Part shown: positions 1 to 10,553 of the stretch, in pieces | Numbering within the stretch: position 1 is the first letter of the stretch | Layout of the letters: each line of letters starts with the position of its first letter | IMG/VR virus record: IMGVR_UViG_2711768065_000005 | DNA from: a virus | Taxonomy: Duplodnaviria; Heunggongvirae; Uroviricota; Caudoviricetes | Length of the DNA stretch: 38,499 nucleotides | Reading direction: 5' to 3' (one strand) | Position numbers and translations under genes: made by a program | The notes under the pieces: generated by a model | What the model was told of the DNA's origin: nothing | The model's input: only the letters and a program-made list of their open reading frames with translations | Database searches by the model: none

Positions 1-3000
1 ATACCAGTATGACTGTTGGTTATTACTGTTGAAATTCTCATGCTTACCACCGCGGAATAACACTGGCGGTATCATGACCTGCCGGTCAAATTTCTGATCA
101 TCACTGATTCTTACCGTGATGGTGCCACTGGCATAACTGTTCGTGCGGGGGAAAGACTTGCTGACCGTTTTGACAATATCGCCTTCAATCTGATTGGCTG
201 ACAGTTTTCCCTTAATCTGACAGTTTTCATTAATCGTGACATTGTTGAGCGTCCCTGAATTTGCATTCACATTACCGCTGATATCCGCATTTTTAGCGGT
301 CAGCTTTCCGTCTGGTGTCAGGGAAAATGCCGGCGGATTTCCACCGCTGGTAATGGTGGGAGCCGTCAGGCGTTTCAGGAACACGTCGTTCATGAATATC
401 TGATCGCCCTGACCAACAAACATCGGTTTTGTGTTGCCATTCGCAGGATTAACCATCGCAATCCTGTCCGCCGCCAGCAGCACCTGACTCTGCATGCCGT
501 CAGGGGTATTCTCAATACCGGCACCAATACCCGCGATATAAAGGCGTCCGTCCTGCATCTGCTGCAGCTTCACAGCCCACATGCTGTTCAGGTTATTATT
601 TGTATCAACCTGAACCTTCTGTATCTGCTGAATTGCAGCACTCTGGTCTTCCAGTTTCTTATTGACGGTCTGCGTGATTTCATTGCTGACATCCGTAATG
701 GACGTCCTGATTTCAGCCAGGTCAGGCGCAAGCTGACCGTTATCAATCTGCGTCCACAGCTCCTGAGCCAGATGGGTTTTCCCTATCTCGCCTTTGAAAA
801 AATCCAGATAACCGGATGCATCATCACTCGGCTGACCAACAGCCTCCACGAATGCCGATTTGCCAACGGTGTTCACACTGCGGATATAAAAGTAATAATC
901 ATGGCCCGGTTTGATATTGATACTGGCGGCTATCCAGTACAGCGCCGTGCCAAGATAGCGTGCTGTGGTTTCAACCTGCCTGATATCCGCAATCCGCTTT
1001 TCCGAGAACCAGAACTCAAACTGTACCGTCGGATCATAAACCGCAAGATGCGGCGTGGCGGTTATCTGAAAATAGCCCGGCGTCAGCTCAATCCGCGACG
1101 GCGCTGCCGGTGCGGCAATCCGGAACGATACCGACGCCGGATCGCCCTGCTGCCCCCACGCATTTACTGCCCGGACTGTCAGCCTGTAGTTCCCCAGCGC
1201 CAGTTGTGTGAAGCGGTAAGTGGTTTCCGTCGTCCGGGCCGTGCTGACCAGCCGCTCACTGCCGTCATCCGCTGTTACGGTCAGACGGAGCAGGAAGCTC
1301 ACGCCCTTCACCACCTTCGGTGTGTCCCATCGCGCCAGCACCTGATATTCCCCGCTGTCTGCAGTGACTTCGGCGGTCAGGTGCTGCACTGCTGGCGGCG
1401 TGACACCATTCACCGTGCCGCTCTGGTCACCGTCAAAGTGCGCCCCGTTATCCACGATGGCTTCTTTTTCCGGTACATGCTGCACGGCGGTGATGGCATA
1501 CGTGCCGTCGTCGTTCTCACGGATACTCACGCAGCGGAACAGGCGCTGGCGCAGCGTCGGCAGCTTCAGCCCCCACACGCTGTATTCAGCAACGCCGTCA
1601 GGAACACGGCTCACTTTCACCTTCACGCCGTCGGTGACGGACTGAACCTCCACGCTGACCGGATTGCCACTCCCGTCAACCAGGCTTATCAGCGTGGTGC
1701 CGGAAGATGGCAGCGTGATTTCACGGTCGAGCGTCAGCGTCCGGGTCTGGCTGTTTACCGCCAGCACGCGCCCGCCGGTGCGGATACCGGCATAGTCATC
1801 ATCGCAGATTTCAATGACATCGCCCGGTACATGGCGAAGCCCTTCGGCACCCACGCTGAAGTCCACGGTCTGCGTTTCCAGCAGTTCTGTTTTAATCAGC
1901 CACAGCCCGGCGCGGTGTGCCTGCCCCCGGCTGGTACAGCCAAAAGCATCCATCTTCGTGACGTTACGACCGTAACGGGCAATGGCCTGCGTGTCCTCCA
2001 CAAGCTCTGTCGCCGTCTCCCAGCCGTTATTCGGGTCAATCCAGTTCACCTCAACGGCATTATGGCGGTCCTTCAGGGCGCTGAAGCTGTAGCGGAACGG
2101 CGCACCATCATCCGGCATCACCACATTACTGCGGTTATAGGTCCACACCTTATCCGACGGTCGGTCCTGCACGAACGTCAGCGTCTGCCCGTTCCATACC
2201 GGCATACAGCGCATCGCAGAGCAGAAATCACTGAGCACATCCCACGCCTTGCGCTGTGTGGTCAGGTACGCATTACAGGTGATGCGCGGCTCCGTGCCGC
2301 CAAAACCGTCCGGCACCGACTGATCGCAATGCTGGCCGATGACATACAGCGCCCATTTGTCCACATCCGCCGCACCAAGACGTTTCCCCATGCCGTAGCG
2401 CGGATGGGTCAGCATATCCCACAGACACCAGGCCATGTTGTTGCTGTATGCTGGCTTAAACGTTCCGTCCCAGATACCGCTGTATTGCCGCGTCTGCGGG
2501 TTATAGTTCGACGGCACCTGCAGAATGCGCCCGCGAAGATGATAATTACGGCTCACCTGCTGGCTGCCGAACTGCTCCGAATCCACCTGCACGCCGACCA
2601 GTGCCGTGTTCGGGTAGCACTGTTTCACATCGATGATTTCGGTGTATGACGACCAGAGCGTTTTGTTCTGCAGCTGGTCTGTGGTGCTGTCCGGCGTCAT
2701 TCTGCGCATCCGGATATTAAACGGGCGCGGCGGCAGGTTATCCACCACCACCGAGGCCAGATACTGCGAGGTGGTTTTGCCCTTAATGGTGATGTCTTTT
2801 TCCGTCACCCAGCCACCGTTACGTTGTATCTGAACCAGCAGGCGAACTTCCGACGGATTCCGGTCCCCCTTTGAGGTGGTTTCCACCAGTGCCTGCATAC
2901 CGAAGGTAAAGCGCAGACGGTCGATGTTTGCCGACGTGATGGTCCGGGTAATCGGCGTGTCGTACTTCACTTCCGTACCCAGCACCGTCTCGGAGCCGGA

Positions 3001-3249
3001 GGATTCAAATCCCTCCGGCGGTGTCTGCTCCTGCTCACCGGCCCGGAACACCACCGTGACGCCGGATATATTGGTATTCCCCTCACTGTCCAGCACCGGC
3101 GTACTGTTCAGCAGCACGCTTTTTAATCCATCCACCGGACCTTCAACCGGCCCTTCGCTGATGGCATCGATCACACTCAGCAGCTGCGTGGACTTCAGGT
3201 TGTCCTTCGCTTCGCGCGGGGTATGCCCCTTACTGCTGCCTTTACCCAT
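1..3249 (-). CDS. J: Tail tip/host specificity protein J (3' end truncated by window edge)
   Basis: Reverse complement from 3249 reads ATG GGT AAA GGC AGC AGT AAG GGG CAT ACC = [10 protein letters not shown], the lambda J N-terminus; GGAG Shine-Dalgarno 5 nt upstream; reading frame stays open to position 1. Plus-strand ORF 772..2649 is its antisense shadow. Confidence 0.9.
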   Translation of the reverse strand, partial: MGKGSSKGHTPREAKDNLKSTQLLSVIDAISEGPVEGPVDGLKSVLLNSTPVLDSEGNTNISGVTVVFRAGEQEQTPPEGFESSGSETVLGTEVKYDTPITRTITSANIDRLRFTFGMQALVETTSKGDRNPSEVRLLVQIQRNGGWVTEKDITIKGKTTSQYLASVVVDNLPPRPFNIRMRRMTPDSTTDQLQNKTLWSSYTEIIDVKQCYPNTALVGVQVDSEQFGSQQVSRNYHLRGRILQVPSNYNPQTRQYSGIWDGTFKPAYSNNMAWCLWDMLTHPRYGMGKRLGAADVDKWALYVIGQHCDQSVPDGFGGTEPRITCNAYLTTQRKAWDVLSDFCSAMRCMPVWNGQTLTFVQDRPSDKVWTYNRSNVVMPDDGAPFRYSFSALKDRHNAVEVNWIDPNNGWETATELVEDTQAIARYGRNVTKMDAFGCTSRGQAHRAGLWLIKTELLETQTVDFSVGAEGLRHVPGDVIEICDDDYAGIRTGGRVLAVNSQTRTLTLDREITLPSSGTTLISLVDGSGNPVSVEVQSVTDGVKVKVSRVPDGVAEYSVWGLKLPTLRQRLFRCVSIRENDDGTYAITAVQHVPEKEAIVDNGAHFDGDQSGTVNGVTPPAVQHLTAEVTADSGEYQVLARWDTPKVVKGVSFLLRLTVTADDGSERLVSTARTTETTYRFTQLALGNYRLTVRAVNAWGQQGDPASVSFRIAAPAAPSRIELTPGYFQITATPHLAVYDPTVQFEFWFSEKRIADIRQVETTARYLGTALYWIAASINIKPGHDYYFYIRSVNTVGKSAFVEAVGQPSDDASGYLDFFKGEIGKTHLAQELWTQIDNGQLAPDLAEIRTSITDVSNEITQTVNKKLEDQSAAIQQIQKVQVDTNNNLNSMWAVKLQQMQDGRLYIAGIGAGIENTPDGMQSQVLLAADRIAMVNPANGNTKPMFVGQGDQIFMNDVFLKRLTAPTITSGGNPPAFSLTPDGKLTAKNADISGNVNANSGTLNNVTINENCQIKGKLSANQIEGDIVKTVSKSFPRTNSYASGTITVRISDDQKFDRQVMIPPVLFRGGKHENFNSNNQQSYWY

Positions 3250-3309
3250 TCGTCATGCTCCATAAACGATAAAACCGCCCGGAGGCGGTTTCACATAAAA
3301 CATTTTGCA

Positions 3310-3870
3310 TCAGCGACCAATCACCACAACCTGACCACCATCCCCTTCGTCTGCCGTGCTGATCTCCTGAGAAACCACGCGTGACCCCACGCGCATTTCA
3401 CCGTACAGAACCGGCAGAACATTGCCCTGGGCAACCATGTTATCCAGTGAAGAAAAATAGGTATTCTGTTTGCCGTTATCGCCCGATACAGCCGCGGCAC
3501 CCAGCCAGCCCACAGGGTTCCACCATGCCACCGCAATCAGCGCCGCCCCAAGCACCACCTGAAACACACCGCCACTTTTAGCTCCCGCCAGACGCGGCAC
3601 GATGTGGATCACGGCACCATTTGCCAGCGGCTCATTAAGACGGGCAGATAATTCATTTTCGCCTGCATCACGCCCGGCAATGCGCACCTGATACCAGCCC
3701 TTATTCAGTTTCTGACGAAACGCCGGGAGCTGAGTGGCCAGCGCCCGGATGGCTTCGGCCCCCGTTTTCACACGAAGGTCGATGCGGCGGCCAAATCGTT
3801 GCAAATCCCCGTAAAGGCAGATGCGTGCCATGCCCGGTGACGCCAGAGGGAGTGTGTGCGTCGCTGCCAT
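3310..3870 (-). CDS. I: Tail assembly protein I
   Basis: 186-aa product MAATHTLPLASPGMARICLYGDLQRFGRRIDLRVKTGAEAIRALATQL... and C-terminal ...NGKQNTYFSSLDNMVAQGNVLPVLYGEMRVGSRVVSQEISTADEGDGGQVVVIGR match lambda gpI; overlaps K as in lambda. Confidence 0.85.
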   Translation of the reverse strand: MAATHTLPLASPGMARICLYGDLQRFGRRIDLRVKTGAEAIRALATQLPAFRQKLNKGWYQVRIAGRDAGENELSARLNEPLANGAVIHIVPRLAGAKSGGVFQVVLGAALIAVAWWNPVGWLGAAAVSGDNGKQNTYFSSLDNMVAQGNVLPVLYGEMRVGSRVVSQEISTADEGDGGQVVVIGR

Positions 3871-4511
3871 TTGTCGGTATACCTCTCTCGTTTGCTCAGT
3901 TGTTCAGGAATATGGTGCAGCAGCTCGCCGTCGCCGCAGTAAATAGCGGCATGATTCGGCACCGATGAACCAAAACAGCACAGCAGCACATCGCCCGGCT
4001 GCGCCGCTGACAACGGCACCTGATACAGCCCTGTAGCCTCCAGATTATCCAGATAGAGATTCTGACCGTTACGCCACCAGTCATCCCCGCGATGAAAATC
4101 CGGCATCTCAATCCCCGCCAGATGGTAAGCATCCCGGAACAGCGTGTAACAGTCCGTCACCCCGTGCTCAAAGCGCCGCCCGGTGAGATGCGGCACACAG
4201 CGGAATTTATGAATCTCACCCCGGCAGACCAGCCACCACGGCAAATCACTCTGCACCTGCAGCCGCCGGTCAGTCTCACTCAGCCAGGGCAGACCACCGG
4301 GGTGGCTGTGGACCAGCGCCACAATCTCACCCTGCATTTCTGCCCGCAGCCAGTCCTCCGGCGACATCCGGAAATACTCCTCCGGCTCACCGGAGATATT
4401 CACGCAGGGAAAATATCTTTCTCCCTCCGGCGTTCTCACCACGAAGCCGCACGACTCCGCTGGCGCACATCGCCGGGCGTGCGCCAGAATCGCTGATTCT
4501 GTCTCTGTCAT
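3768..4511 (-). CDS. K: Tail assembly protein K (JAB/MPN plus NlpC/P60-like)
   Basis: 247-aa product with HSHP (JAB-type metal site) and Cys/His residues typical of lambda gpK; sits between L and I. Confidence 0.8.
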   Translation of the reverse strand: MTETESAILAHARRCAPAESCGFVVRTPEGERYFPCVNISGEPEEYFRMSPEDWLRAEMQGEIVALVHSHPGGLPWLSETDRRLQVQSDLPWWLVCRGEIHKFRCVPHLTGRRFEHGVTDCYTLFRDAYHLAGIEMPDFHRGDDWWRNGQNLYLDNLEATGLYQVPLSAAQPGDVLLCCFGSSVPNHAAIYCGDGELLHHIPEQLSKRERYTDKWQRRTHSLWRHRAWHASAFTGICNDLAAASTFV

Positions 4512-4516
4512 GGGAT

Positions 4517-5215
4517 TTACTGCGAAAGTTTGTTAATGGAAAGGAAGCCGCCAAAGTTGCCGACGTTATTGCGGAACTTACAACCGCTCAGGCATTTGCT
4601 GCATTTATCCTTCGTGATATCGGACGTTGGCTGGTCATATTCATCCGCGACCGCCGGACCGTGATAACCGCACTCATCGCCGCGATAGGTCCAGGTGCAG
4701 GTGTTGGCCAGCATGATACGTCCCGGAAAAACAGCGCCGTCCGTTTCCGTCGGCGTGGCCAGTACAAAAGAGGCACTGACCGCGCTCAGTTCGCTGCACT
4801 GCTCGATGCGCCAGCGGCTGATCACCTCCTGCTCCGGGTCGGCGTCACTGTTTCCGTTGACGAAGTTCACCGCATCCAGAAAACGGGCGTAAACCTTACG
4901 CCGGACCACCGTTCCGCCGACCAGACTCTGCAGCTCTTCCGCCATCCCGGTGACCATACCGTGCAGGTTAGAAACCGTCAGTGTCGGACGGGCAGCACTG
5001 CCCTTGCCGTTCAGTTCAAATCCCGTCCCCTGAATGGGATACGGCTGATACTGTCGTCTCTGCCAGGTGACCGGCTCACCTTTTTCGTTCTGCTCATTAC
5101 AGAAAAAATAACGTTCACCACCGACCTCTGTCAGATCGATTTCCCAGAGCACCACCTGGGCTGACTGAGTGAGGCGTGTCGTCTCATGATGTGTTTCCTG
5201 TGGAATATCCTGCAT
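4517..5215 (-). CDS. L: Minor tail protein L
   Basis: 232 aa, same length as lambda gpL, C-terminal Cys cluster (CSKCLSGCKF); position between M and K. Confidence 0.85.
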   Translation of the reverse strand: MQDIPQETHHETTRLTQSAQVVLWEIDLTEVGGERYFFCNEQNEKGEPVTWQRRQYQPYPIQGTGFELNGKGSAARPTLTVSNLHGMVTGMAEELQSLVGGTVVRRKVYARFLDAVNFVNGNSDADPEQEVISRWRIEQCSELSAVSASFVLATPTETDGAVFPGRIMLANTCTWTYRGDECGYHGPAVADEYDQPTSDITKDKCSKCLSGCKFRNNVGNFGGFLSINKLSQ

Positions 5216-5224
5216 CAGAGCCTC

Positions 5225-5554
5225 CTATGCCACGACCTGTTCAAAATCTGCCGTTATGGTTACCCACAGCGCCCCCACGCTTGCCGACCATTTACGACAA
5301 ACCACCCTAATCGGTTTCCAGTCATAAGGTGGCGTCCACTGAAATGCGCGGACGCCACCGTGCCGTTCCAGAAAGGCTTTTAAAGATGGGTGTTCACATT
5401 TACGAACACGTATCGTCACGCTGTAAGTCGACAACTGGTTATTCAGTCCCGCCGCACGACGCTGTTCATAACCATCGCCCAGCTTCACTGTCACCACTTT
5501 CGGCTCTGATACCACATTCATATCCGGGCGCACTTTCCAGTGAAACGTCTCCAT
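5225..5554 (-). CDS. M: Minor tail protein M
   Basis: 109 aa, same length as lambda gpM; start overlaps H stop. Confidence 0.85.
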   Translation of the reverse strand: METFHWKVRPDMNVVSEPKVVTVKLGDGYEQRRAAGLNNQLSTYSVTIRVRKCEHPSLKAFLERHGGVRAFQWTPPYDWKPIRVVCRKWSASVGALWVTITADFEQVVA

Positions 5555-8500
5555 TACCGATATGCTCCACTTAACCGACCACCATCACGGGCCTGCTGTT
5601 GCATAAAGTCCGCTGCTGCTTTTTTCCCGAGGTCATAAACCACCTTCAGGGCAGCCGGACCTATCTGCCCGTTCGTGCCATCGTTATTGATCTCGATGTT
5701 GTACTGCGGGGCAAACATCGCCATACCTGAACCACCAATATCCGCCACAACCCCCAGCTTACCGTCAGCACCACGACGCAGAGGCAGAATGGCTTCAGGC
5801 CCAGCTTCCCCCATCACACCTGCACCTTTTGCAAAAGCAAAAAACGTCGGACGGTTAACCACCGTGCCACTGTAGCGACTCAAATCAGCAGACTGATAAA
5901 CACCACCATCAGCATTGGGCGTCACACTGGCAGTTGCTGCACTCCCCCAGCCAAACGCCGAACCAATCCCCTTAACTGCCTGCATCATGGACATCTGAGC
6001 CATGATTTTTGCCAGATCAGAAAGGAGCGAGGCGGTAAAAGATTTGAAGTTCAGTTTTCCGGTGGTACAGAATGTAGCCAGTGCATTACCTGCACTATTA
6101 AATGCCGCTGTAAGCATCTGCTCCGCAGTGCCTGCCGCATTATCCGCATCTGCCGTGAAATTCTGAAACGCCCGCATGGCACCGTTTTTCCAGTTACCCT
6201 GAGCAATTTCAAGCTGTTGCCAGTAACGGCGATTCTCATTCAGTTGCCTGTTCAGGCTCTCCGTCAGCGCCTGCTCGGCCTTTCTGTAGTCATCCGTGTT
6301 ATATGTCCCTTTCTGCTCACTATCCCGCCTCAACTGCTCCAGCTGTTGCTGGTATTTCTGGCGAAGGCTCAGTTGTACCTGATATCGCTGCCGCTGCTGA
6401 TCACCCATACCCACCGTGGCGATATCCAGGTCATGTTGCTGACGCTGAGCGCGCTCTTCTTCAGCCAGTTGACTGGTCAGCTGAATTGTTTTTTTCTTCA
6501 GATCGTTGAGTGCCGTCTGTTTCTGAAGCTCCTGCTGTTTTACATCCAGCAGCGTCAGTGCCTGAATCAGTTCATCTTTACGGGCCAGCACACTCTTTTC
6601 ATCTGCCGTCAGTTTTTTCCCGTCCAGATCGCTGATGCGCTGCTGCAGAGCCAGAAGCTGTTTATGCGCTTCTGTCATCTTTTCAGTGGCAATGCCTGCT
6701 GACTGTCTTGCAGCAGCAATCTGTCCTTCCACCTGTGCCTGTTGCTGGCTGTACTGCAGCAATAACCGGGTGGCCTCATCATTACGGGTTTCGCGTGTTT
6801 TTTTCTTACCGGATGCCAGGGCTTTCTCGTAACGTTCATTTTCACGTTGTATCGCCGCATCCCTGACAGCCTGATCGGCGTACTGCATGGCATTAATACG
6901 CGCAATTTCACGCTGATGTCGTGCTGCTTCCGTTTCATTCATCCGGTTCAGTGCAGCATTTTCAGCATTACGGCGTTTCTGTTGCTCCTGATAATTCCGC
7001 TCTGCCTGCTCTTTTGCATCCTGCAAATCCTTCTGGCGTTTTTTCTCCTGAAGATCGTTAAGACGCTGCTGATCGTATTCAACCTGAGAAGATGATGCCG
7101 TCCAGGGGAGTCTTTTCGCCCGCGACACTTTCTCCTGTAAAGCGGCAATCTGTTCATCCAGCGAGTCTTCACGACCAATATTCATGGCCGCATCCCAGAA
7201 ACGACTCCACAAATCAGACAGATACTTCAGCGTACTGCCAAGCGCATTGAGGTTATTATCAATATCCGCAGTACGCCGACCGGTTTCCTCTGCCAGTGCA
7301 GACATGGCTATCCGTGCAGCATCACTGGACCGCCCCTGCTCCCCAAGGACGCGTATCTGCTCAAGCTGAGTGGCAGTAAGAAAATGCAGCTCATTGTCCA
7401 GAGCCTTCGCGGCATTTACAGGATCATCCTTCAGCCGCTTAAACTGATTTATGGTATCGCTGACCGACTGGCCAACCGATCGCTCCATCTGTGCGGCAGC
7501 TCTCGCCACCATACCGATATCGTTTCCACGAAATGCACCACTCCCCACCACCTGAGCCAGCGCACCGGCTGCAGCATGTTGCGTGATACCATTCCCGGAA
7601 ATAGCACGACTGAGCGTCCACAGCTGCCCGGCAGTAACTCCGGCATAATGCCCCGTCAGCGACAACTGGCGGTTAAATTCTTCCCCCTCCTTCTGACCGT
7701 CATACCAGGCTTTACCCAGACCATAGACGGCCGCGGCAATACCGCCAATAACCCCGCCAAGCATCATGCCTTTCGGTGACATCAGTGTGTCTATCCATCC
7801 GGCACGGTTAGCCAGCGTTATCCCGGATCCCCTCAGCGCCCCTAAATTGCCGCGGGCCAGTTCACCTATCAGAACGCCTATCTCCTGGCGGGCTGCTGCA
7901 CTTTTCAGACCCAGCGAATGCGTGGCTTTTCCTGCCTGCTCCATTTTGCGGATATACACTTCTGCAGCACTGCTTACCCCCAGCTGGGCTGCCTTAGCAC
8001 GAAGCAACTCAGAAGATGAAAGATTCTGGCGGGTTGCCTGCTCTTTAAGCTGACGGATAAACGCCACTTTCTGTCGGGTAGCCTCTTCCTCAGCCTGTGT
8101 AAGAACACGGGTTTTCGCCGTAACCTCAGAAATCAGCGCCAGATAATCCTGCTGACCAATCCCGCCACTGTTTCTGGCCTGTCGGATCTGCTGCTGAATA
8201 CGCTGTAATTCCTGCAGCCCCGCACTGGCCTGTTTCACACTGTCAATCTGACGATAAAACGCAGCAGCCGCTTTATCCTGAGCCTCCGCCAGAGCCATGG
8301 CCTGCGCCTGTTCATCGCGCATTTTCTGGCTCAGCGCCTCCATGCGCTGGCGGGTTTTCTCCACCTCGCGGGCCATGCGTTCATGAGCCTGTGCGTTCTT
8401 CTCCACCGTCTGCGCATGGACGGAGGCGGCTGTTGCAGCCGAAGAAGCCGCCTGCGTTGTCTGCCGGGCGGCCTGAGTCTGACGCTCCATAAAACGCTGC

Positions 8501-8628
8501 ATACGGGCAGAAGACCGTTCTGCATCGCTGGCGGCACCATTCAGAAGGTTTTTGATACGGGGAATTTCATTTTTAAACTCTGCCGCATCAATCCCCAAAT
8601 CAATGACCAGGTTGGCTATCTGGTCCAT
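5554..8628 (-). CDS. H: Tail tape measure protein H
   Basis: Long Ala/Gln/Glu-rich coiled-coil protein; N-terminus MDQIANLVIDLGIDAAEF resembles lambda gpH MAEPVGDLVVDLSLDAARF; C-terminus ...INNDGTNGQIGPAALKVVYDL... matches lambda gpH. Longest ORF starts at 8658 (1034 aa); 8628 chosen by homology. Confidence 0.85.
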   Translation of the reverse strand: MDQIANLVIDLGIDAAEFKNEIPRIKNLLNGAASDAERSSARMQRFMERQTQAARQTTQAASSAATAASVHAQTVEKNAQAHERMAREVEKTRQRMEALSQKMRDEQAQAMALAEAQDKAAAAFYRQIDSVKQASAGLQELQRIQQQIRQARNSGGIGQQDYLALISEVTAKTRVLTQAEEEATRQKVAFIRQLKEQATRQNLSSSELLRAKAAQLGVSSAAEVYIRKMEQAGKATHSLGLKSAAARQEIGVLIGELARGNLGALRGSGITLANRAGWIDTLMSPKGMMLGGVIGGIAAAVYGLGKAWYDGQKEGEEFNRQLSLTGHYAGVTAGQLWTLSRAISGNGITQHAAAGALAQVVGSGAFRGNDIGMVARAAAQMERSVGQSVSDTINQFKRLKDDPVNAAKALDNELHFLTATQLEQIRVLGEQGRSSDAARIAMSALAEETGRRTADIDNNLNALGSTLKYLSDLWSRFWDAAMNIGREDSLDEQIAALQEKVSRAKRLPWTASSSQVEYDQQRLNDLQEKKRQKDLQDAKEQAERNYQEQQKRRNAENAALNRMNETEAARHQREIARINAMQYADQAVRDAAIQRENERYEKALASGKKKTRETRNDEATRLLLQYSQQQAQVEGQIAAARQSAGIATEKMTEAHKQLLALQQRISDLDGKKLTADEKSVLARKDELIQALTLLDVKQQELQKQTALNDLKKKTIQLTSQLAEEERAQRQQHDLDIATVGMGDQQRQRYQVQLSLRQKYQQQLEQLRRDSEQKGTYNTDDYRKAEQALTESLNRQLNENRRYWQQLEIAQGNWKNGAMRAFQNFTADADNAAGTAEQMLTAAFNSAGNALATFCTTGKLNFKSFTASLLSDLAKIMAQMSMMQAVKGIGSAFGWGSAATASVTPNADGGVYQSADLSRYSGTVVNRPTFFAFAKGAGVMGEAGPEAILPLRRGADGKLGVVADIGGSGMAMFAPQYNIEINNDGTNGQIGPAALKVVYDLGKKAAADFMQQQARDGGRLSGAYR

Positions 8629-8950
8629 AACGCACACCTCCGGAAATACCTTCTCCAAGATGCATCAGTTCTTCGTCCGTTCGCTCCGGTATCCCGTTCT
8701 CTTCCGGTAAAAGGCTGAAATCAGCCACCGCAGCATCACTGCTGCCGGACACCATTCTCACGATCAATGCCTTCAGCGAGGCAAACTGCGCATCCATCCA
8801 CACATCACTGAAGCTCTGCATCCGGAAATAATCGCCCCACTCACCAAGCTCAGTGGCCGACATTTCCGACAGCATCCGCCGCCAGTCTGCCCGCCGGAAC
8901 TCCCGGGCAAGCCGCATGACAAACTGCATTTCCCGCGTCAGGACTTTTCC
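8600..8950 (-). CDS. T: T-frame extension of G (G-T fusion made by programmed -1 frameshift)
   Basis: ORF in the -1 frame relative to G is open from the slippery heptamer G GAA AAG (8950..8944, minus strand) and continues ...VLTREMQFVMRLAREFRRADW... to a stop at 8600; G codons start at coordinates congruent to 0 mod 3, T codons at 1 mod 3, as a -1 shift on the minus strand requires. Confidence 0.7.
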   Translation of the reverse strand, partial: GKVLTREMQFVMRLAREFRRADWRRMLSEMSATELGEWGDYFRMQSFSDVWMDAQFASLKALIVRMVSGSSDAAVADFSLLPEENGIPERTDEELMHLGEGISGGVRYGPDSQPGH

Positions 8951-9324
8951 GGCGTCAGCGCCTCATGCTCATCATCCCCGGCATTATCAATGGCCCCCAT
9001 ACCGCTCAGCGACAGAACCATCTCCGCCCCCGCACCCAGGGCATCATACGACCATGTTGTAATAACGGATGCGCAAAGCGTCTCTACATCCTTAGACTGA
9101 TCCGCATTCCACAGTGAGCGGGAAACCAGCCAGGCATTGATATCCATCCCCATCCGCAGAAAAGCAATCTGTCGTTCAGCCTCCGGCAGTTCTCCCTCCC
9201 CGGCATCAAACTTTGCCGTTCGCTGCTGAACAAACGCCAGATATTCAATTCTCTGCAGCCCGGACAGCTCACTGAGCACCACGGACTGTTTTTCATAATT
9301 AAACGTGCCCTGTTTCAGAAACAT
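8938..9324 (-). CDS. G: Tail assembly chaperone G
   Basis: Product MFLKQGTFNYEKQSVVLSELSGLQRIEYLAFVQQR... resembles lambda gpG (MFLKTESFEHNGVTVTLSELSALQRIEHLALMKR...); ends ...ALTPEKS*. Confidence 0.8.
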   Translation of the reverse strand: MFLKQGTFNYEKQSVVLSELSGLQRIEYLAFVQQRTAKFDAGEGELPEAERQIAFLRMGMDINAWLVSRSLWNADQSKDVETLCASVITTWSYDALGAGAEMVLSLSGMGAIDNAGDDEHEALTPEKS

Positions 9325-9384
9325 CATGTTCTCCACCTGCAAAAAAGCCCCGGATAACCGGGGCAAATGATGAGTATCGTCCTG

Positions 9385-10134
9385 TTAACCTGCGGCGCTG
9401 ACAGCCACCGCAGCCACGGCCACAAAATCGCCGTCAGAAGTCATGCCCACAATGCTGACACTGCCCTGCTTCACGCCTTTCACCGTGGCCACAAGCCCGT
9501 TCAGGGTCACCGTGGCAGTCTGTGGATCTGTCGAATGTACACTGATCGCTTTGTCACTGGCTCCGTCAGGTTTTACTGTAAAGGTCAGCGTGGTGGTTGC
9601 TCCCACTTTTACACTGGCAGATGCTGGTGCCACCGTCAGCCCGGTAACGCTCACTGTTTCAGTGCCTTCCTCTGCCAGATGCGGACGCCCCACACCGCTG
9701 ATTTTCACTGTGCGGGTCATCACGTCTTTTGAGGCAATGGTTTTACCCAGTGAGCTCAGCCAGCCACGGAAAACATCAACAGTGCCGTTGGGATATTTGA
9801 TACGAAACGCGCAGACTTCACCGGAGTCGAACAACTGAACCAGTTTTTTCTGCCCGCTGTCACCCGGACGCCAGGCCAGCGTCGCCGAAGTATCACCGAC
9901 GGATTTCTGCCCCTGGGTTGTCGTTTTCCAGTCTGCATCTTCATCATCGAGATAAGTGTCATCTTCTGCATCAGCGGTCATTTCGCCAGGTTGCAGATCC
10001 TTCACCATCGCAAGACGCAGCCAGTCAGTGTCCGATAAAGGGTTCGCAAACGCATCGCCCTTGCCGGTGTACATCCAGAACGTCGTTCCCGCACCTTTCG
10101 TTTTTGCCAGTGGATTTGGTGTGGTCATTGCCAC
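9385..10134 (-). CDS. V: Major tail protein V with C-terminal Ig-like domain
   Basis: 249 aa; ...KGAGTTFWMYTGKGDAFANPLSDTDWLRLAMVKDLQPGEMTADAEDDTYLDDEDADW... closely parallels lambda gpV. Confidence 0.9.
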   Translation of the reverse strand: MAMTTPNPLAKTKGAGTTFWMYTGKGDAFANPLSDTDWLRLAMVKDLQPGEMTADAEDDTYLDDEDADWKTTTQGQKSVGDTSATLAWRPGDSGQKKLVQLFDSGEVCAFRIKYPNGTVDVFRGWLSSLGKTIASKDVMTRTVKISGVGRPHLAEEGTETVSVTGLTVAPASASVKVGATTTLTFTVKPDGASDKAISVHSTDPQTATVTLNGLVATVKGVKQGSVSIVGMTSDGDFVAVAAVAVSAAG

Positions 10135-10139
10135 CTCCT

Positions 10140-10553
10140 TTAATTCGTGTACGTGATCTGGTACGTGATTTCCGCCATCGCCCAGGTGGCTATCTCATTA
10201 TCACGTTGATAGTTAAAACCGAGAGGGATCAGGGTGTCGATGAGTCCGGAAAGTGCCGGTATATCATTCAGAGCCGGGAAAATGGTGCTCTCCATCCACA
10301 TATCCAGCTCTGAATCCGGTGCCTGTGCCCGGATGAAGACAGCAATATGCAGAACAGCCTGCCAGTCATCTTCATCCGTCATTTTTCCGGTGTACTGAGC
10401 ATCACTCAGCCACACCGCCACGGCAGGCAGTTCCTGCGCATCAATAAATGCCGGAAGCCCGTCAAAAAACGTGGCGCTGTCTCCACACTGTTCCCGAAGG
10501 CGTGCCAGTACGGCCTGGCGGATTTGTGTATGTCGGTTCATCGGGTCAGCCAT
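10140..10553 (-). CDS. U: Tail terminator protein U
   Basis: 137 aa; ...ATFFDGLPAFIDAQELPAVAVWLSDAQYTG...APDSELDMWMESTIFPALNDIPALS... resembles lambda gpU; start may be the internal Met at 10541. Confidence 0.8.
   Translation of the reverse strand: MADPMNRHTQIRQAVLARLREQCGDSATFFDGLPAFIDAQELPAVAVWLSDAQYTGKMTDEDDWQAVLHIAVFIRAQAPDSELDMWMESTIFPALNDIPALSGLIDTLIPLGFNYQRDNEIATWAMAEITYQITYTN

Noticed and set aside
772-2649. 625-aa plus-strand ORF, the longest ORF in the first 3 kb
   Set aside because: It is antisense to gene J, whose minus-strand frame is open from the lambda-like N-terminus [10 protein letters not shown] at 3249 through to position 1; the plus-strand product is Arg/His/Pro-rich low complexity typical of a shadow ORF in GC-rich coding DNA.
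5675-8053. Several 60-160-aa plus-strand ORFs inside the tape measure gene (for example 6217..6702 and 7384..7779)
   Set aside because: All are antisense to the continuous H reading frame and have skewed, low-complexity composition.
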